In this document: positions 14,399 through 27,487 of the stretch, piece after piece
Numbering within the stretch: position 1 is the first letter of the stretch
Layout: each line of letters starts with the position of its first letter
From: Octopus vulgaris
Taxonomy: Eukaryota
Direction: 5' to 3'
Assembly: GCA_951406725.2 (NCBI GenBank)
Contig: OX597821.1
Span: 53,444,001 to 53,508,000, forward strand
Length of the DNA: 64,000 nt
Translations under genes and position numbers: made by a program
Notes under the pieces: model-generated
Told to the model about the DNA's origin: nothing
Databases searched by the model: none
The model's input: the letters and a program-made list of their open reading frames with translations, nothing else

Positions 14399-15310
14399 TA
14401 TATGTATGTATATATATCTATACATTACACTAAAAATATCTAAATATCACATACACCCGTAAACAGACACGTCGATGGGCGATTTTATATGTGCGTTTGT
14501 ACATAGAAAACGTAAATGACAATAGGTTGATGCAGAAATATATTTTACGCAAATTATGAGAATTGTTTTAGAGAATAACCAATTCCTTCGCGCAATCGAC
14601 GTGAACATTTTTCGTTAATCATTTAAATTAGCCACGTTTAAATTTCATTAAATCTTGTCGTGTCAAAAACTATTAGAGATAACTAAATATAATTGTCTCT
14701 AGCAAAAAAACATATTGCTAATTACTTTATTATTCATGGGGTGATTAACATGGCAAAATGAACGAATATATACAGATTTATATATTTTATATTATAGATA
14801 TTTCCACATTATCTAATCGGTTTCCTATTTTTCTCTCTTCTAACACTATAACCACAAACACATAAAAGGCCACACACACAAACAAACACATATAATTACG
14901 CTTAGCCATAGCCGTACTTGTGACCAGTTGTTAAAACATAGTAAATATACAAAAAACTTGGTACACAGTATTACCAAGCTCCGTATGAGTTTCGTTATGC
15001 TGTGCATGCATATTTTATTAAATGAGTTTAATTGGACCAATGACATTAACGATAATAACAGTAACTGATGGTAATATCATTTGTCTGATAAAACAATACG
15101 CAAATTATATATACGTACACGCATACATACGTACATACATATACACATGCAAATATTGAATCGATGAATATTATAGCATGAATCACGTTTAATGGTTGTA
15201 ACGTTATTTAGAATTACCAATTAAACTAATTCAATATAAGTACACACAGTACACATGAAGTATAATAAATAAAATCTAATCCTGCAACCCCTTACATTAA
15301 ACAAAATATT

Positions 15311-15669
15311 CTTTTCTACTCTATGCACAAGACCCAAAATTTGGAGGAGGGGACCAGTCGATTAGGTAGACCCAGAAAAGATGAAAGGCAAAGTCGACCT
15401 CGGGGAAATTTGAACTCAGAACGTAAAGACAGACGAAATATCGCTACGCATTTCGCCCGGCGCCCAAACGTTTCTTATTTCTTTATTGCCCACAAGGGGC
15501 TAAGTCGATTACATCGACCCCAGTGCGAAACTGGTACTTACTTTATCGACCCCGTAAGGATGAAAGGCGAAGTCGACCGCGGCGGAATTTGAACTCAGAA
15601 TGTAACGGCAGACGAAATAACGCTAAGCATTTCGCCCAGCGTGCTAACGTTTCTGCCAAGATCGCCGCC
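15311..15669 (-). mobile_element. Family B SINE dimer (SINE within SINE)
   Basis: Two tandem B bodies; whole unit flanked by the direct repeat CCTTACATTAAACAAAATATT (15290-15310, 15668-15688). Confidence 0.9.
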
Positions 15670-15742
15670 TTACATTAAACAAAATATTGGTACAATATTT
15701 ACTCATACGTGTTTATATACGTATATGTGCTCGTGTGTATTA

Positions 15743-15812
<70 letters not shown>

Positions 15813-17399
15813 TGTGCGGGACTAAACGGTTTGTGGTGTTTGTCTTTGATTCTCTTCGTTTTGAATCAAATTCCTGTTGAGTTAAACTTCCTCTTTTATA
15901 CTTTCACGTTTGATAAAATACATTTAAAATCCCTGGCATTGGAACTGGCGAATTGACTAGACCGTCAAATAACTGCCATAGGCTATGTATCCCAGCGCTT
16001 CGCTCACTAAGTTTTATGTGGCAAACTTAATCTGGATGTGGTTTAATCACACTGTGATGAACCTCAGTGTTTCATCCAAAGATCACTTTATTTAAAGTAT
16101 TTCGAATAAATATATTCTTTATCCGATCAGTTAATGAGAGATTGGATAGAATAGCTAAATGTTCTCGCACATGTACTTTCTCCACGTCTAGTCATTGCAG
16201 GAAAAAAAAACATATATTACATTACATAATACTGAAAACAGAAGGCATTACATTTAAAACAGGATAAACCTATAATTTTCCTGTTTTATTTTCCATTTCT
16301 AAATTTACTTCAATACTGCTGACCCATAAAACTGAGGTTTATGTTGTCAGGACATACTTTAAATATCTGCTGTATTTATTAACACGTTTCGTTTTTGGAT
16401 ATTCAACAATACGTTCATCACTATGGATTTTTCAAATGATCAAATATGGCACATATCCTACTATATAAATTTTGACTTAGATGCATATCACGTAATAGTT
16501 TGTGGGCGCAGAACACATCCTCAGATCCATATTGATTCAGAATTTAAAAGCAATTCAAATTAAATAAAACTTTAAAATAGTTTCTAGCTGAGAATATTGT
16601 GGCACCAAATGACCAGTTCAAGTCACGTGTGTATGATAGTCATCTTTTATTACATGTTCCACATATTTTAGCACAAAGGATATTAGACACAGTCGGCATT
16701 CTGTTGAATATGACATTTTAGTGACATGTGTTGTCACGTGGCTAGTTAGTATGTTTGGTATTGTCAGATTATAAACAGTTTGCTTGACAACAAGTGTTAC
16801 CAGATGATAGCAGGTTCTAGTCTCACTTCGGGCAACATGGAACATCTACCCTCCTATTCAGCATAGCTAGACCTGCTTTAGGAGCTACGACAGGATTAGT
16901 TAATTGGTTCCATATAGATACTTAGTTTGGATATTGTAAAAAGGTACACATCTCCACAGTTCGGCTCTCTAGAGGCATGTTGACCATGAAAGCACAAGCT
17001 ATTTGAACGATCAAGCTTCGAATTACTTCAGGAAGAATCTTATACATTTAAAAACAATTCAGCCTAGCTAAACCTGTCAACCCAAATCAACAACGTTTGA
17101 TTTACTTAAAAACCTATAGAGCTGAAGACAGGCTAGTACGAGATAATAGGTAAGACAAACGAATAAAGTATTTACATCCCTAGACACTCCAAGTAACCTC
17201 ACACTCCCAGTCGTAAAGAAAACTATTCGCCTGTATTAGATCACTAGCGTGTCGGTGAGCAAAGGCATCTTCGTCAGGGCTGCACTTCATTATAGCTAAG
17301 TAATGGTGAAGGGTGACTTACTAATCATTTGTGTACATGAAATATGCCTCAACACAACACCTCAAAGATGAATAATTATAAATGTAATCTAATTAAAAT

Positions 17400-17950
17400 A
17401 TAGATTCAATATTGACGCTTAGACACATATGGCCAGGAGCCTTCTGTCTCTTATTAGACAACATTTTAACGAAAACATGCCATGAACTCTTTACTGCCTA
17501 TGTGTTCAAGGTTATCTTGTCATGCTTAAATAACATCGCTTTCAACATTACACTCTTAAACAGAAACAAAGGTGAACCCGAATATCCTTCACCGTACAAT
17601 CTACCCATAACGATTAAAATCCTACTAAATGTCATCGGAGATGATACTGCCTTTCGAAGTTTGAGAGCCACTCCCGCACTATCCCAGGGTGAGACACTAG
17701 ATAGGGTAAATAGCCAAGGAATTTAGAGGTACATTTTTCAGAGGGATCCTCTTTATTCCCCTGGTGTTCACAATTGGCAACTCTATGTCCATTTGTAACT
17801 GCAGATTCTCCAATATCCTGTAGTGTTTGTCAACAGGAAAAAGAATCTACTTTATAGCTATCACCAGTGATACACTCTGTTAATGAACATAAGCAATTGT
17901 CGGTTAAAAAACAATACATGTCTATACGAAGTTGGTCACATGCAAGTGCA
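17400..17950 (+). pseudogene. Highly decayed non-LTR reverse transcriptase fragment
   Basis: ITLLNRNKGEPEYPSPYNLPITIKIL resembles RT motif TxLIPK..D...P.NYRPI; RYIFQRDPL..PLVF at ~17727-17770 resembles RGIFQGDSLSPLLF. Confidence 0.45.
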
Positions 17951-18419
17951 GTACATATACATACATATATATATATATATATATACATATTTAATTTCCT
18001 GTTGCTCGTAGAGAGTGTACCATCTACTATCACACGATAGCCATGCTAGACACACAAACTGATTTATAATTGATAGCAAAACAATGGCTACGTCTCATTG
18101 TGATAAATGTTGTCATTGAAATGTTAGAAGACGGGTGAGGTGGAAATACCGTCAACTCTGATACGTGCATCATACAATGAAAGACCTGGTGTCACTAGAT
18201 AGATATGATTCCCGCATGTCCCGGAATATCGAAAGCTTAACTTGTCTGGCATATAAGCAACTCTTCAAAGCATATATCTCGATTTGCTTTTTATTTCTCT
18301 CCGCTCCGACGACATGCATCTAACGATATGAGTTCCTCCAGTGTAATGGAGAGGGAATCCGTTATTAAATAGTTATCAACACAAATTAGTGAGTTGAGCA
18401 CCACTTTTATTTCTTTACC

Positions 18420-18476
<57 letters not shown>

Positions 18477-18516
18477 TCATATATATGTATATGTGTGTGT
18501 GTGGTTGTGTGTAAAT

Positions 18517-18591
<75 letters not shown>

Positions 18592-19095
18592 TATTTCTGT
18601 ATGTGTCTGTGTGTGGATTTCTATATAAAATTTGTTGAAAACCATGAAGTGTTTTGGACAGTTGTCACTTCAGTTTTAGAACTGCTTATTATCTATGTTT
18701 ACCTCTCAGAGTATTAATTTTCCGAAATTCAAATAGTGTGTTTATTAACGTTTGACATCTGACACTTTCACAAATCTAGAAGGATTTCCTAAGTTAAAGG
18801 TCACACTCCTTCTAACTAAATCTATCTTTAGTGACCAACTAATTCCACTCAAATAGCACAAGTCAGAAAATCATGTTCAAATTTACAATTTAAAACATAC
18901 GTACGAACAAGTGTATGTGCACACATACACATGTGTGTGTGCATATGTTATTATTTGCTACACCTGTATACGTATGAACGCACACACACACACACATAGA
19001 CACATATACATATAAACACACATATATAGACATACATATGTATATGCATATGTTTATATATATTTTCATATTTATGTATCATATGCAGTGTAGAA

Positions 19096-19156
19096 AGATA
19101 GATAGATAGGTAGGTACATAGATAGATAGATAGATAGATAGAAGGTAGATAGATAG

Positions 19157-19234
<78 letters not shown>

Positions 19235-19235
19235 T
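19096..19235. repeat. (GATA)n microsatellite
   Basis: Directly visible. Confidence 0.97.
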
Positions 19236-20220
19236 GTACTACTATAAAGCTATATGAATATCGCATCATCATACATGAATGGCATTAGACACTGAATAAT
19301 TGGTATCCATTACTGCGTGTTCATGCTTTCTTCGGCTTAATAGATTCAGTGGGTCCTAGGTTCATATTGGAACCGATTTACTATCGAGTTTGCAGCCTTT
19401 AATTTCCGCCTATTTATAAGCAATCACAGTCTGTTGGGGTTATGTTTGAAATTGTTCTTCCTCTAGCCAAAATGTTTCACGTGCTCCCAAAATCATGCCA
19501 ACTGCTATTTTATACGGTCTTTACAGCTGCGAGCGCAAGTATTTTCTGCTCGAGACATACTTTAACAAAGCTAAGAGCTGCCTAGCTCTCCGTAGTCCGA
19601 TAATGCATAAGATACTAACTCGAATTTCTGAGTATCTTCTCTACTGCTAGGTAGTGGTTGAGCTGACGCTGCAACCGTTCGTTCATTTCATAGGTATTTA
19701 TTATTTTACTTGCTGGGTTTCTAGGAATTCTTCTTGTCAAACAAATGTACTGGAGGAAGCGGTTTAGTGACCTACGAGCCAACGATACAAGTTGAATGAG
19801 ACAGCGTGTCACAATTGCGTGACATGATATATTTCACCATGCCGTGAGGGTTGGGTACACGTCAGTTCCAATTTCTTCTCAATTCATTTTCTTCCTTTTT
19901 TTTTCAATGATTGTTCTAGCTTTCGTAAGACCTCTGATTATCAGAAACGTTAGAGACATTTCTTTCTTTTTCTTTCCAATTTATTGAGCTACAAATTAAT
20001 ACCGACTCTTTATTTTTTAATTATATTTATCAGGTCTTTTCGTATCAGTTGAAGCGTACAAGCGTTTGTGCGTGCACGCTTATGAGTATATGATCGACAA
20101 TCTTTGCATGTATATACATGGGAAAATGTAAAACACGCTTTGACCTAGGGTAGAAGCTATATAGTGAGCAATCGTTATGCAGATCAATGTGGGGTCTTTT
20201 TTTTTCAAACATCCAGTAGA

Positions 20221-21443
20221 CGAGGGTACATAGAAGAAACCGAAATTTTGCAAAATTATTTTATTCACTTAGTTTTACATGTTTACACTTTTATCGCCTT
20301 CAAAGTATTTTCCATCCGAGAATCGGTCCATGTGCGTTTTCCATTATTCGAAGAAGTGCTGGAACTCTAGCAAAGTGATACTGTTAACGCCTCCGTTGTT
20401 TTATTTCATCTCTTCCACATCTGAAAATTCCGTTGCCCCAGCTTTCATCACCACTGAAGACCCTCGAAAAAGGGTCCGGGCCAACTTCAAAGCTGTTCTT
20501 TCAGTTCACAATTTCTCGCTCAAAATTTGTTGGCATAAGCCCCAGGACACACCAGTCATATCAACACGTTCGTCAATATTGTTGAGTGACATCAATATTG
20601 TTCAGTAACGCAGCGAACAGACAGAAGCGTTAGCATGCCGAGCGAAATGCTTAGCGGTATTTCGTCTGTCTTTATGTTCTGAGTTCAAATTACGCCGAGG
20701 TCGACTTTGCCTTTCATCCTTTCGGGGTCGATTAAATAAGTACCAGTTACGTACTGGGGTAGATATAATCGACTTAATCCGTTTGTCTGTCCTTGTTTAT
20801 CCTCTCTGTGTTTAGCCCCTTGTGGGTAGTAAAGAAATAGGTATTTCGGCTGTCATTACGTTCCGAGTTCAAATTCTGCCGAGGTCGACTTTGCCTTTCA
20901 TCGTTTTGGTGTCGATAAATTAATTACCAGTTGCATAATGGAGTCGATGTAATCTACTGGTCCCCTTCCCTAAATTTCGGGCCTTGTGCCTAGAGTAGAT
21001 AAGAATATTGTTCAGTGACGGTCCTCCAAAATCAGCTGATAAAATTTTCATAATGCTTTCATCGGTTCGGGAGGTCGACGGTTATACTGAACGAGTGTGG
21101 TCGTCAAGTAACAAGTGACCATTCATGAAGCATGGAAACCACTCGTAAGATTGTGTTTTACTCATAGTAGCGGCCTTGTAAGCTGTTTGATGCCTGACAT
21201 CTGTATCGGCCGCTGTTTTCCCCAGCACGCTATTCCTTTGTTTCGGACAGCGCAAAAATCAACGAATAGTGGAGAAACACTGCAAAACAAAGACGCACAA
21301 CGTGTCTGTACGTCTCCAGCAGCTAACGCCGGTGGGCAGACAGATGTCTGAGGGTCAATATAAGTGGCTTCTAGTGTCGGAAACCTACTACAGAAGGTTT
21401 GTCCCACAGAAAATGTTTCCGGTTACTTTTAGGTACCCCCACG
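20221..21443 (-). mobile_element. Internally deleted mariner (DD34D-type) transposon with degenerate TIRs, interrupted by a SINE
   Basis: Minus translation GKTAADT..QTAYKAATMSKTQSYEWF..F.NG..LLDDHTRS..PSTSRTDE (HTH region) and C-terminus DGKYFEGDKSVNM*; TIR-like ends CGAGGGTACATAGAAGAAACCG and reverse complement CGTGGGGGTACCTAAAAGTAACCGG. Confidence 0.85.
20607..21003 (+). mobile_element. Family B SINE dimer inserted in the mariner
   Basis: Two GAGTTCAAAT...GGTCGACTTTGCCTTTCATC bodies; 13-bp TSD AATATTGTTCAGT at 20594-20606 and 21004-21016. Confidence 0.92.
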
Positions 21444-22030
21444 TATTTCTGGAATTGTGAATATTGCCATAATAAATTTCCTTACAGTAATGTTATTAAA
21501 CTTCATATTCAAAAGCTTTCGAGTCAGGATTCAAACTATGTAAGCATGAAATGTGACTTTTGCCTCAGAATCCACTCAATCTCTACTAAATACTGATGTT
21601 GTTATGATTGATAAAACAATATATAGCTTTCTGCTTATATTTCAAATCAATAGTAATAAATTTCTTACAAAACTGGGTGAAGATTATATCCCTCAATTTA
21701 TAATTGAAAAATAATCGAAAGCTTCAAGCTGTACAGCCACGAATGTAAATGTAGTAACAGCTGTTAGGATCTAAATAACACACTAGGAACACATAAGCGC
21801 ATATTTTCATTTATATACATGCATAAATGCATAAATTCTCACAGACACGCTCCTATAAACATGCACTTACATGGTCAAGACGTCAGTAACTACAATATCC
21901 GCTGTAAGATTTCATTTCGCAATAATGTGTGTGAAATAGATACGTGTGTATATGCATGTGAAAATGTATACTTGGATGCATACTTGTCTGCATTTACACA
22001 CTTACACACACAGATACATGCGTACATACG

Positions 22031-22079
<49 letters not shown>

Positions 22080-22321
22080 GCATACATATTTATATATGCA
22101 TACATATATTTATACATATATATTTATATATGCATACATATATATACATATATATTTATATAAGCATACATATATATACATATATATATATATATATATC
22201 AACAATCAAGGAACGGCCATAATAGGCCATTCACCCACTAGAAATAACAGCCAAAGCTTCAACCGCAAATAAAAGTTAATTCTGTAAACCAGGAGAAAAT
22301 TTAAAAAACATTTACCCTGTA

Positions 22322-22428
22322 ATTTCTTATACGATATACCGTTTCATCTGCTGATTAATGGTAAACTAACCTGATTAAATTAAATCAAGCCAATCTTCCA
22401 CAGGCCCTCAGATTCATCAGTAAGAAAT
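22322..22428 (-). ncRNA. Type I hammerhead ribozyme (inverted copy)
   Basis: Reverse complement of the motif at 22884-22990. Confidence 0.88.
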
Positions 22429-22883
22429 AGCCCAAGTCGGAACAGATATTTTCACGAGGCATTTCCGACCTTGCCAAGTTTATATCTGACCTAAAATTTA
22501 CAGGGTAAATGTTTTTTAAATTTTCTCCTGGTTTACAGAATTAACTTTTATTTGCGGTTGAAGCTTTGGCTGTTATTTCTAGTGGGTGAATGGCCTATTA
22601 TGGCCGTTCCTTGATTGTTGATGTTAAACTTAAAAATGGTCTATGACTATTTAATTTTTTCCTACTAGGCCGCTGGTGGCAAAAGAATTCTACAAAATTT
22701 TTTTTGCCACCCTATATTGATTAATTATGAATTTTCTGGTTAATTCCGTAATGGAATCGACGGCTTATATTTATTTGCTGCCGATAAATTTGGCGCGAGT
22801 GCGACGATTTGAAAATTTTAGGTCAGATATAAACTTGGCAAGGTCGGAAATGCCTCGTGAAAATATCTGTTCCGACTTGGGCT

Positions 22884-22990
22884 ATTTCTTACTGATGAAT
22901 CTGAGGGCCTGTGGAAGATTGGCTTGATTTAATTTAATCAGGTTAGTTTACCATTAATCAGCAGATGAAACGGTATATCGTATAAGAAAT
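22884..22990 (+). ncRNA. Type I hammerhead ribozyme
   Basis: Stem I ATTTCTTA/TAAGAAAT; CTGATGA 22892-22898; stem II ATCTG/CAGAT enclosing a 58-nt structured insert; GAAA 22967-22970; near-palindromic stem III CGGTATATCG; GUA site, predicted cut after 22982. Confidence 0.9.
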
Positions 22991-23375
22991 TACAGGGTAA
23001 ATGTTTTTTAAATTTTCTCCTGGTTTACAGAATTAACTTTTATTTGCGGTTGAAGCTTTGGCTGTTATTTCTAGTGGGTGAATGGCCTATTATGGCCGTT
23101 CCTTGATTGTTGATGTTAAACTTAAAAATGGTCTATGACTATTTAATTTTTTCCTACTAGGCCGCTGGTGGCAAAAGAATTCTACAAAATTTTTTTTGAC
23201 ACCCTATATTGATTAATTATGAATTTTCTGGTTAATTCCGTAATGGAATCGACGGCTTATATTTATTTGCTGCCGATAAATTTGGCGCGAGTGCGACGAT
23301 TTGAAAATTTTAGGTCAGATATAAACTTGGCAAGGTCGGAAATGCCTCGTGAAAATATCTGTTCCGACTTGGGCT

Positions 23376-23482
23376 ATTTCTTACTGATGAATCTGAGGGC
23401 CTGTGGGAGATTGGCTTGATTTAATTTAATCAGGTTAGTTTACCATTAATCAGCAGATGAAACGGTATATCGTATAAGAAAT
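23376..23482 (+). ncRNA. Type I hammerhead ribozyme (second tandem copy)
   Basis: Same motif 492 bp downstream, one substitution in the stem II insert; predicted cut after 23474. Confidence 0.9.
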
Positions 23483-23702
23483 TACAGGGTAAATGTTTTT
23501 TAAATTTTCTCCTGGTTTACAGAATTAACTTTTATTTGCGGTTGAAGCTTTGGCTGTTATTTCTAGTGGGTGAATGGCCTATTATGGCCGTTCCTTGATT
23601 GTTGATGTTAAACTTAAAAATGGTCTATGACTATTTAATTTTTTCCTACTAGGCCGCTGGTGGCAAAGAATTCTACAAAATTTTTTTGGCACCCTATATT
23701 GA

Positions 23703-23766
<64 letters not shown>

Positions 23767-26551
23767 CACATGTACACAGATAAATACAACACATACATAC
23801 ACACTATCACGAAGGGGAATGAGATTTTACAACCCTCATAGTAATCGCCAACAAGAACTATTTTTTCAAATATCCAATTTCAATGAAAGTGCTGAAATAC
23901 TCTGTTCTTCATGCTGTTTCTGTTTAAGAGTTACACTTATGTTTGAGAGATTATTTGTTCGGTGTACTGAAATATTTAATATTTTAAGATGATTTATTGC
24001 GTAGAAATGCTGCCAGGGAACACTGGAAAGGAATAAACTAATCGGTTTAACGACGGATTTTTCAGTTACAATTGAAAGAAAATTATTAAGACTGTAAATT
24101 TAAAACATTTTATACACTTATTTCCCATTACTATAGTCATTTGTAGGAAAGTATTTCGGCATATTTGAGTAAGAAATTTAGAACTACACAGCAGGAACAT
24201 CGAAGGTGTTAACATCATTAATTCATATAAACCATTCATCTATCTATACTTGTGTCGTATTTTATTTAAGGTGAGCCGCCATCAAGCGGAGTCAATCACT
24301 GTACAATGACGTTAATAACAGAGGATCCGACCTCTCTTATAATTTCATTGCAGCATCTGTCCTTCCGGTTTCTGGTCTGGTTTGGCGTGTTTATACCTAT
24401 CTGTCTACAACGTCTACACTTATACTCTCCATGACAAAATACAGCGAGTGGGTTTCTTAATGAGTCGAATAGTTCTCCAGCACACTCGAGCTGGAGAGGG
24501 GTACATTCGTGATTCTTTTCTGAATTTCTGAGTACTGAGGTTAGAATACACTCAGCTAAACGACTAACCATCTTTCAAATACCATCTTACAAATACCCCC
24601 ATATGTATATCAGTAATAGTTGAGCACTACAGAAACAAGAAACATCAAATGAACATTGAATATATATTTTAATGACAATGTAAAAGAGTTCATCACAGTC
24701 GATTCCCAAGTACGTAGCTGGGATTTGTAGCTAAGCATATATATACGTGTTTCAATAAAGGGCTGTTTGGATTCGTATTTACTTTATTTTGGAACGTGAG
24801 GTAGATATGGAGAACTGAATCAAACGGTGGTAGTGTTCCTCACTCTTTAGCTACTTTTCATAACACATGCTATAAGCTTAACAATTGCATATATTTTGGC
24901 TTTCTTTGGTTAATTTATCCTGGAGCATGTAACTGTTCGTTATTTCTTGTTTCTTTATAAAACAGAATTCCCTTAAAGCGCTTAGTTGTATATTTCTAAA
25001 CGGAATTTAAACTCTTTCTGCTGCACGTAGCTCATTTTCATCACTACTTTATCATGCACTGGCTTGTTAAAGTGGGCTTACAACTAACTGCAGAATATTT
25101 CATTCAGTGTAGTGATAAACGGTAGCTGCATCTTCCTCTCTACTCAACCATTCAAAAACATATTATCTTCAACTATCCTCAGTGTAAGGTCCTTTATAGA
25201 AGGATAGGTGAAATAAGGAGCGTAATTAAACAGCTCTTGATTATTAAGATTTTCGTCGAAAAACTAAATCCTCTAACCTCATTTACTAACATTTCATCAT
25301 GAGCAGACTCACGCATCCACACTGGCCACAATTTATACCATCCATTTCTTAGTGTGGATTTTCCTGCAGATTTCCAAACCGTGACAGCACACTAAACCAT
25401 GCCGTTCACTTTCAATCGATTGAGTAATCGTCAGCTAGTTTTAATAACATTTAATAGTAACTGTCTCGTAAAACGTTTGAGCTATTTAGGCTTGAACGAC
25501 TAAAATATCATTGTCCTAAGATGGAATTAACATCGTGCATTTGATTTATACATAAATACCAAAAAGGTTTCATTTTTTCCAGAAATGCTGCTGTAAAATG
25601 TGCTGAACATCTGTCTAAAATATACCATTATCTTACTATTGTGCTTCAGCCCATTGGAGTAAAGATCAGCACTTGCTTGTTGACCAAAATTATTTTTAAT
25701 GCAATACAATCAGTTGTAATCTGATTTTTTGTGCTTTGCACGATGACCCTCAGATTTGTGTGATTTGTATTTATTTAAAAGCCATGGTACCAAAACATTC
25801 ACCAATGACTATCAGTTTGCACCCTTGTGTTCTGACATAATTAGAGCCGTAATGTGACATGACACATGTTAATGTTTTATAATCTGTTGGTGATTCATCG
25901 TACACTTCTAAAAGCAATACTCTCTCATTAGCATTGCTTCGGACCTGGACATGCTACGGCCAGTGATCTATATATATATATAACCATACGCATTATCTAG
26001 GAGTAATTCCTGATGAATTTTCGGCCTTATTCCACTAATGCCCACCTTAGACAACTTCATCGGAACATCATAAAGTTATAATGTTTTTACATCTATCGTT
26101 GCTTTCCTTTTACCTGTATGTTTCTTTGAATTACAGTTAATCGCCCTCTCACAGACACACAAAGTAGAGCATTTCTTTGGTTTCTTTCTTTATCTCAAAA
26201 CTGCAGGAGAGTTAATGCTATATGACTCACACTGAGTTTACGCAAATTGCTGCCAAGTTTTTCTACACTGGAACTTACAATAATCAACAGTAAACAGTAT
26301 ATACGATTTATCTAACAAGAACATTTTTATATATTCATTGGGAACATACCTGGAGCTAAATATGGTTATATTAATAAAGAAAAACAAACAAATAGGAATG
26401 TCTCTCAGTATTTGTAAGTACTGCTGATAATGTGTTCATAATTCAGTTTATGCTTAGTTTAGCACCACCAAAAAGGAGCAAGAATTTGTTTCGACAATCC
26501 GGAAAATTAGTGTCGTATTATTGGAGAAACCAGATCACCGATGGAAATACA

Positions 26552-26843
26552 TACGTGGTCTGGTCAATGAGTATCCGGATTGTTATCATAGTAACAAAAC
26601 TAAAGCACACAGAGTGAAACCGTTTGGCACAGATTCTTCGTCAGCTCTGCTGTGCATGCTCACTAAATATTAACGTTCTCGATCACTTCCGCTGTTTTCA
26701 GCAGTGCTTGGAAGGAAGGTGTGTAGTGTTTGATCATCTCATTGACCATGACAGAGGAAGTTCAGCAGAGAATCTGCATCAAATTTTGCCACAATCTTGG
26801 CGATACCTGCTCAGAGGCCTAAGCAAAGATTTCAAGAAGTTTT
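26552..26843 (+). mobile_element. Mariner 5' end (TIR, leader, N-terminus)
   Basis: TA-CGTGGTCTGGTCAATGAGTATCCGGA end; from 26748 MTEEVQQRICIKFCHNLGDTCSEA*AK, a mariner N-terminal HTH. Confidence 0.8.
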
Positions 26844-27291
26844 CATCGTTCTCGATACCATCAAGGAGATGTTGTACAAGTGAAGACTGAATGTCTTTTT
26901 GGTCACCTGAAAGCAGTTTTGGCACAAAGTTGCAAGATACGCGTCTCATACTCAAATCTTCAGTGCAAATAGACTGAATTGAACCGTAATTAATCTGTTC
27001 ATCCTCTGATAACTCACAGATGGTGATTCGACGATTTCACTTCACAGCTGCACGCACGTCTGCGATGTTTTTCACAGTTCTGCTAGTTACGGGTCTCCGA
27101 GAACTTTCGTCAATATTGACATTTTTTTAGGACATCTTAGAAACGTCTGACGCACTCGTACACTTCTGTACAGCTCATACACCCCTCACCATACACTTTC
27201 TGCAACTTTGCCTAGGCCTTTCAACTTACTCTGTCATGGTCAATGCAATGATCATACGCTACACACATTCCTTCCAAGCACTGCTGTAAAA
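26844..27291 (-). mobile_element. Second fragment of the same mariner family, opposite orientation
   Basis: Shares leader CAGCAGTGCTTGGAAGGAA...TGACCATGACAGAG; translation AKLQKVYGEGCMS.TEVYE..RRPVTSRT..NRRITICELSED..LSMRRVSCNFVPKLL (WVPHEL-equivalent). Confidence 0.85.
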
Positions 27292-27487
27292 TGTTAACAC
27301 TTCTGCGCCCGCCTTTCTTGGATCTTGCAAATGTATATTTCAGCATATTCTTCCCGCCTTCGTTTTTGGGAGCAAACTCTTAATCTCTTCAGTGTTTCCC
27401 TAGCAGCAAATTTGTTGCTTTTAGTCTAGGTTACTGGAGTGCTTTGAGTTCCGTTTTTAATTTGACATTGAGTGGTGACCAGATTTA

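Larger units (their letters stand above)
22198..23707 (+). mobile_element. Retrozyme-like / Penelope pLTR-type element: ~2.46 direct copies of a 492-bp unit (22498-23707) preceded by a ~300-bp inverted copy (22198-22499), inserted in (TA)n
   Basis: Near-identical 492-bp period (identical ORFs at 22727 and 23219); inverted segment is the reverse complement of part of the unit; each full unit carries an HHR; (TA)n on both sides. Confidence 0.92.

Noticed and set aside
22727-23419. Duplicated 66-aa ORFs (likewise the mirrored ORFs at 48297 and 48788)
   Set aside because: By-products of the repeat structure; the conserved signal is RNA structure.
22498-23707. CRISPR-like or satellite interpretation of the tandem repeat
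   Set aside because: No repeat-spacer alternation; unit is 492 bp with a ribozyme and an inverted copy.
26005-26068. Minus-strand CCGATGA...GGCCGAAA...TC motif next to a short (TA)n
   Set aside because: Stems I and III out of register; could be a decayed HHR but unsupported without copies.
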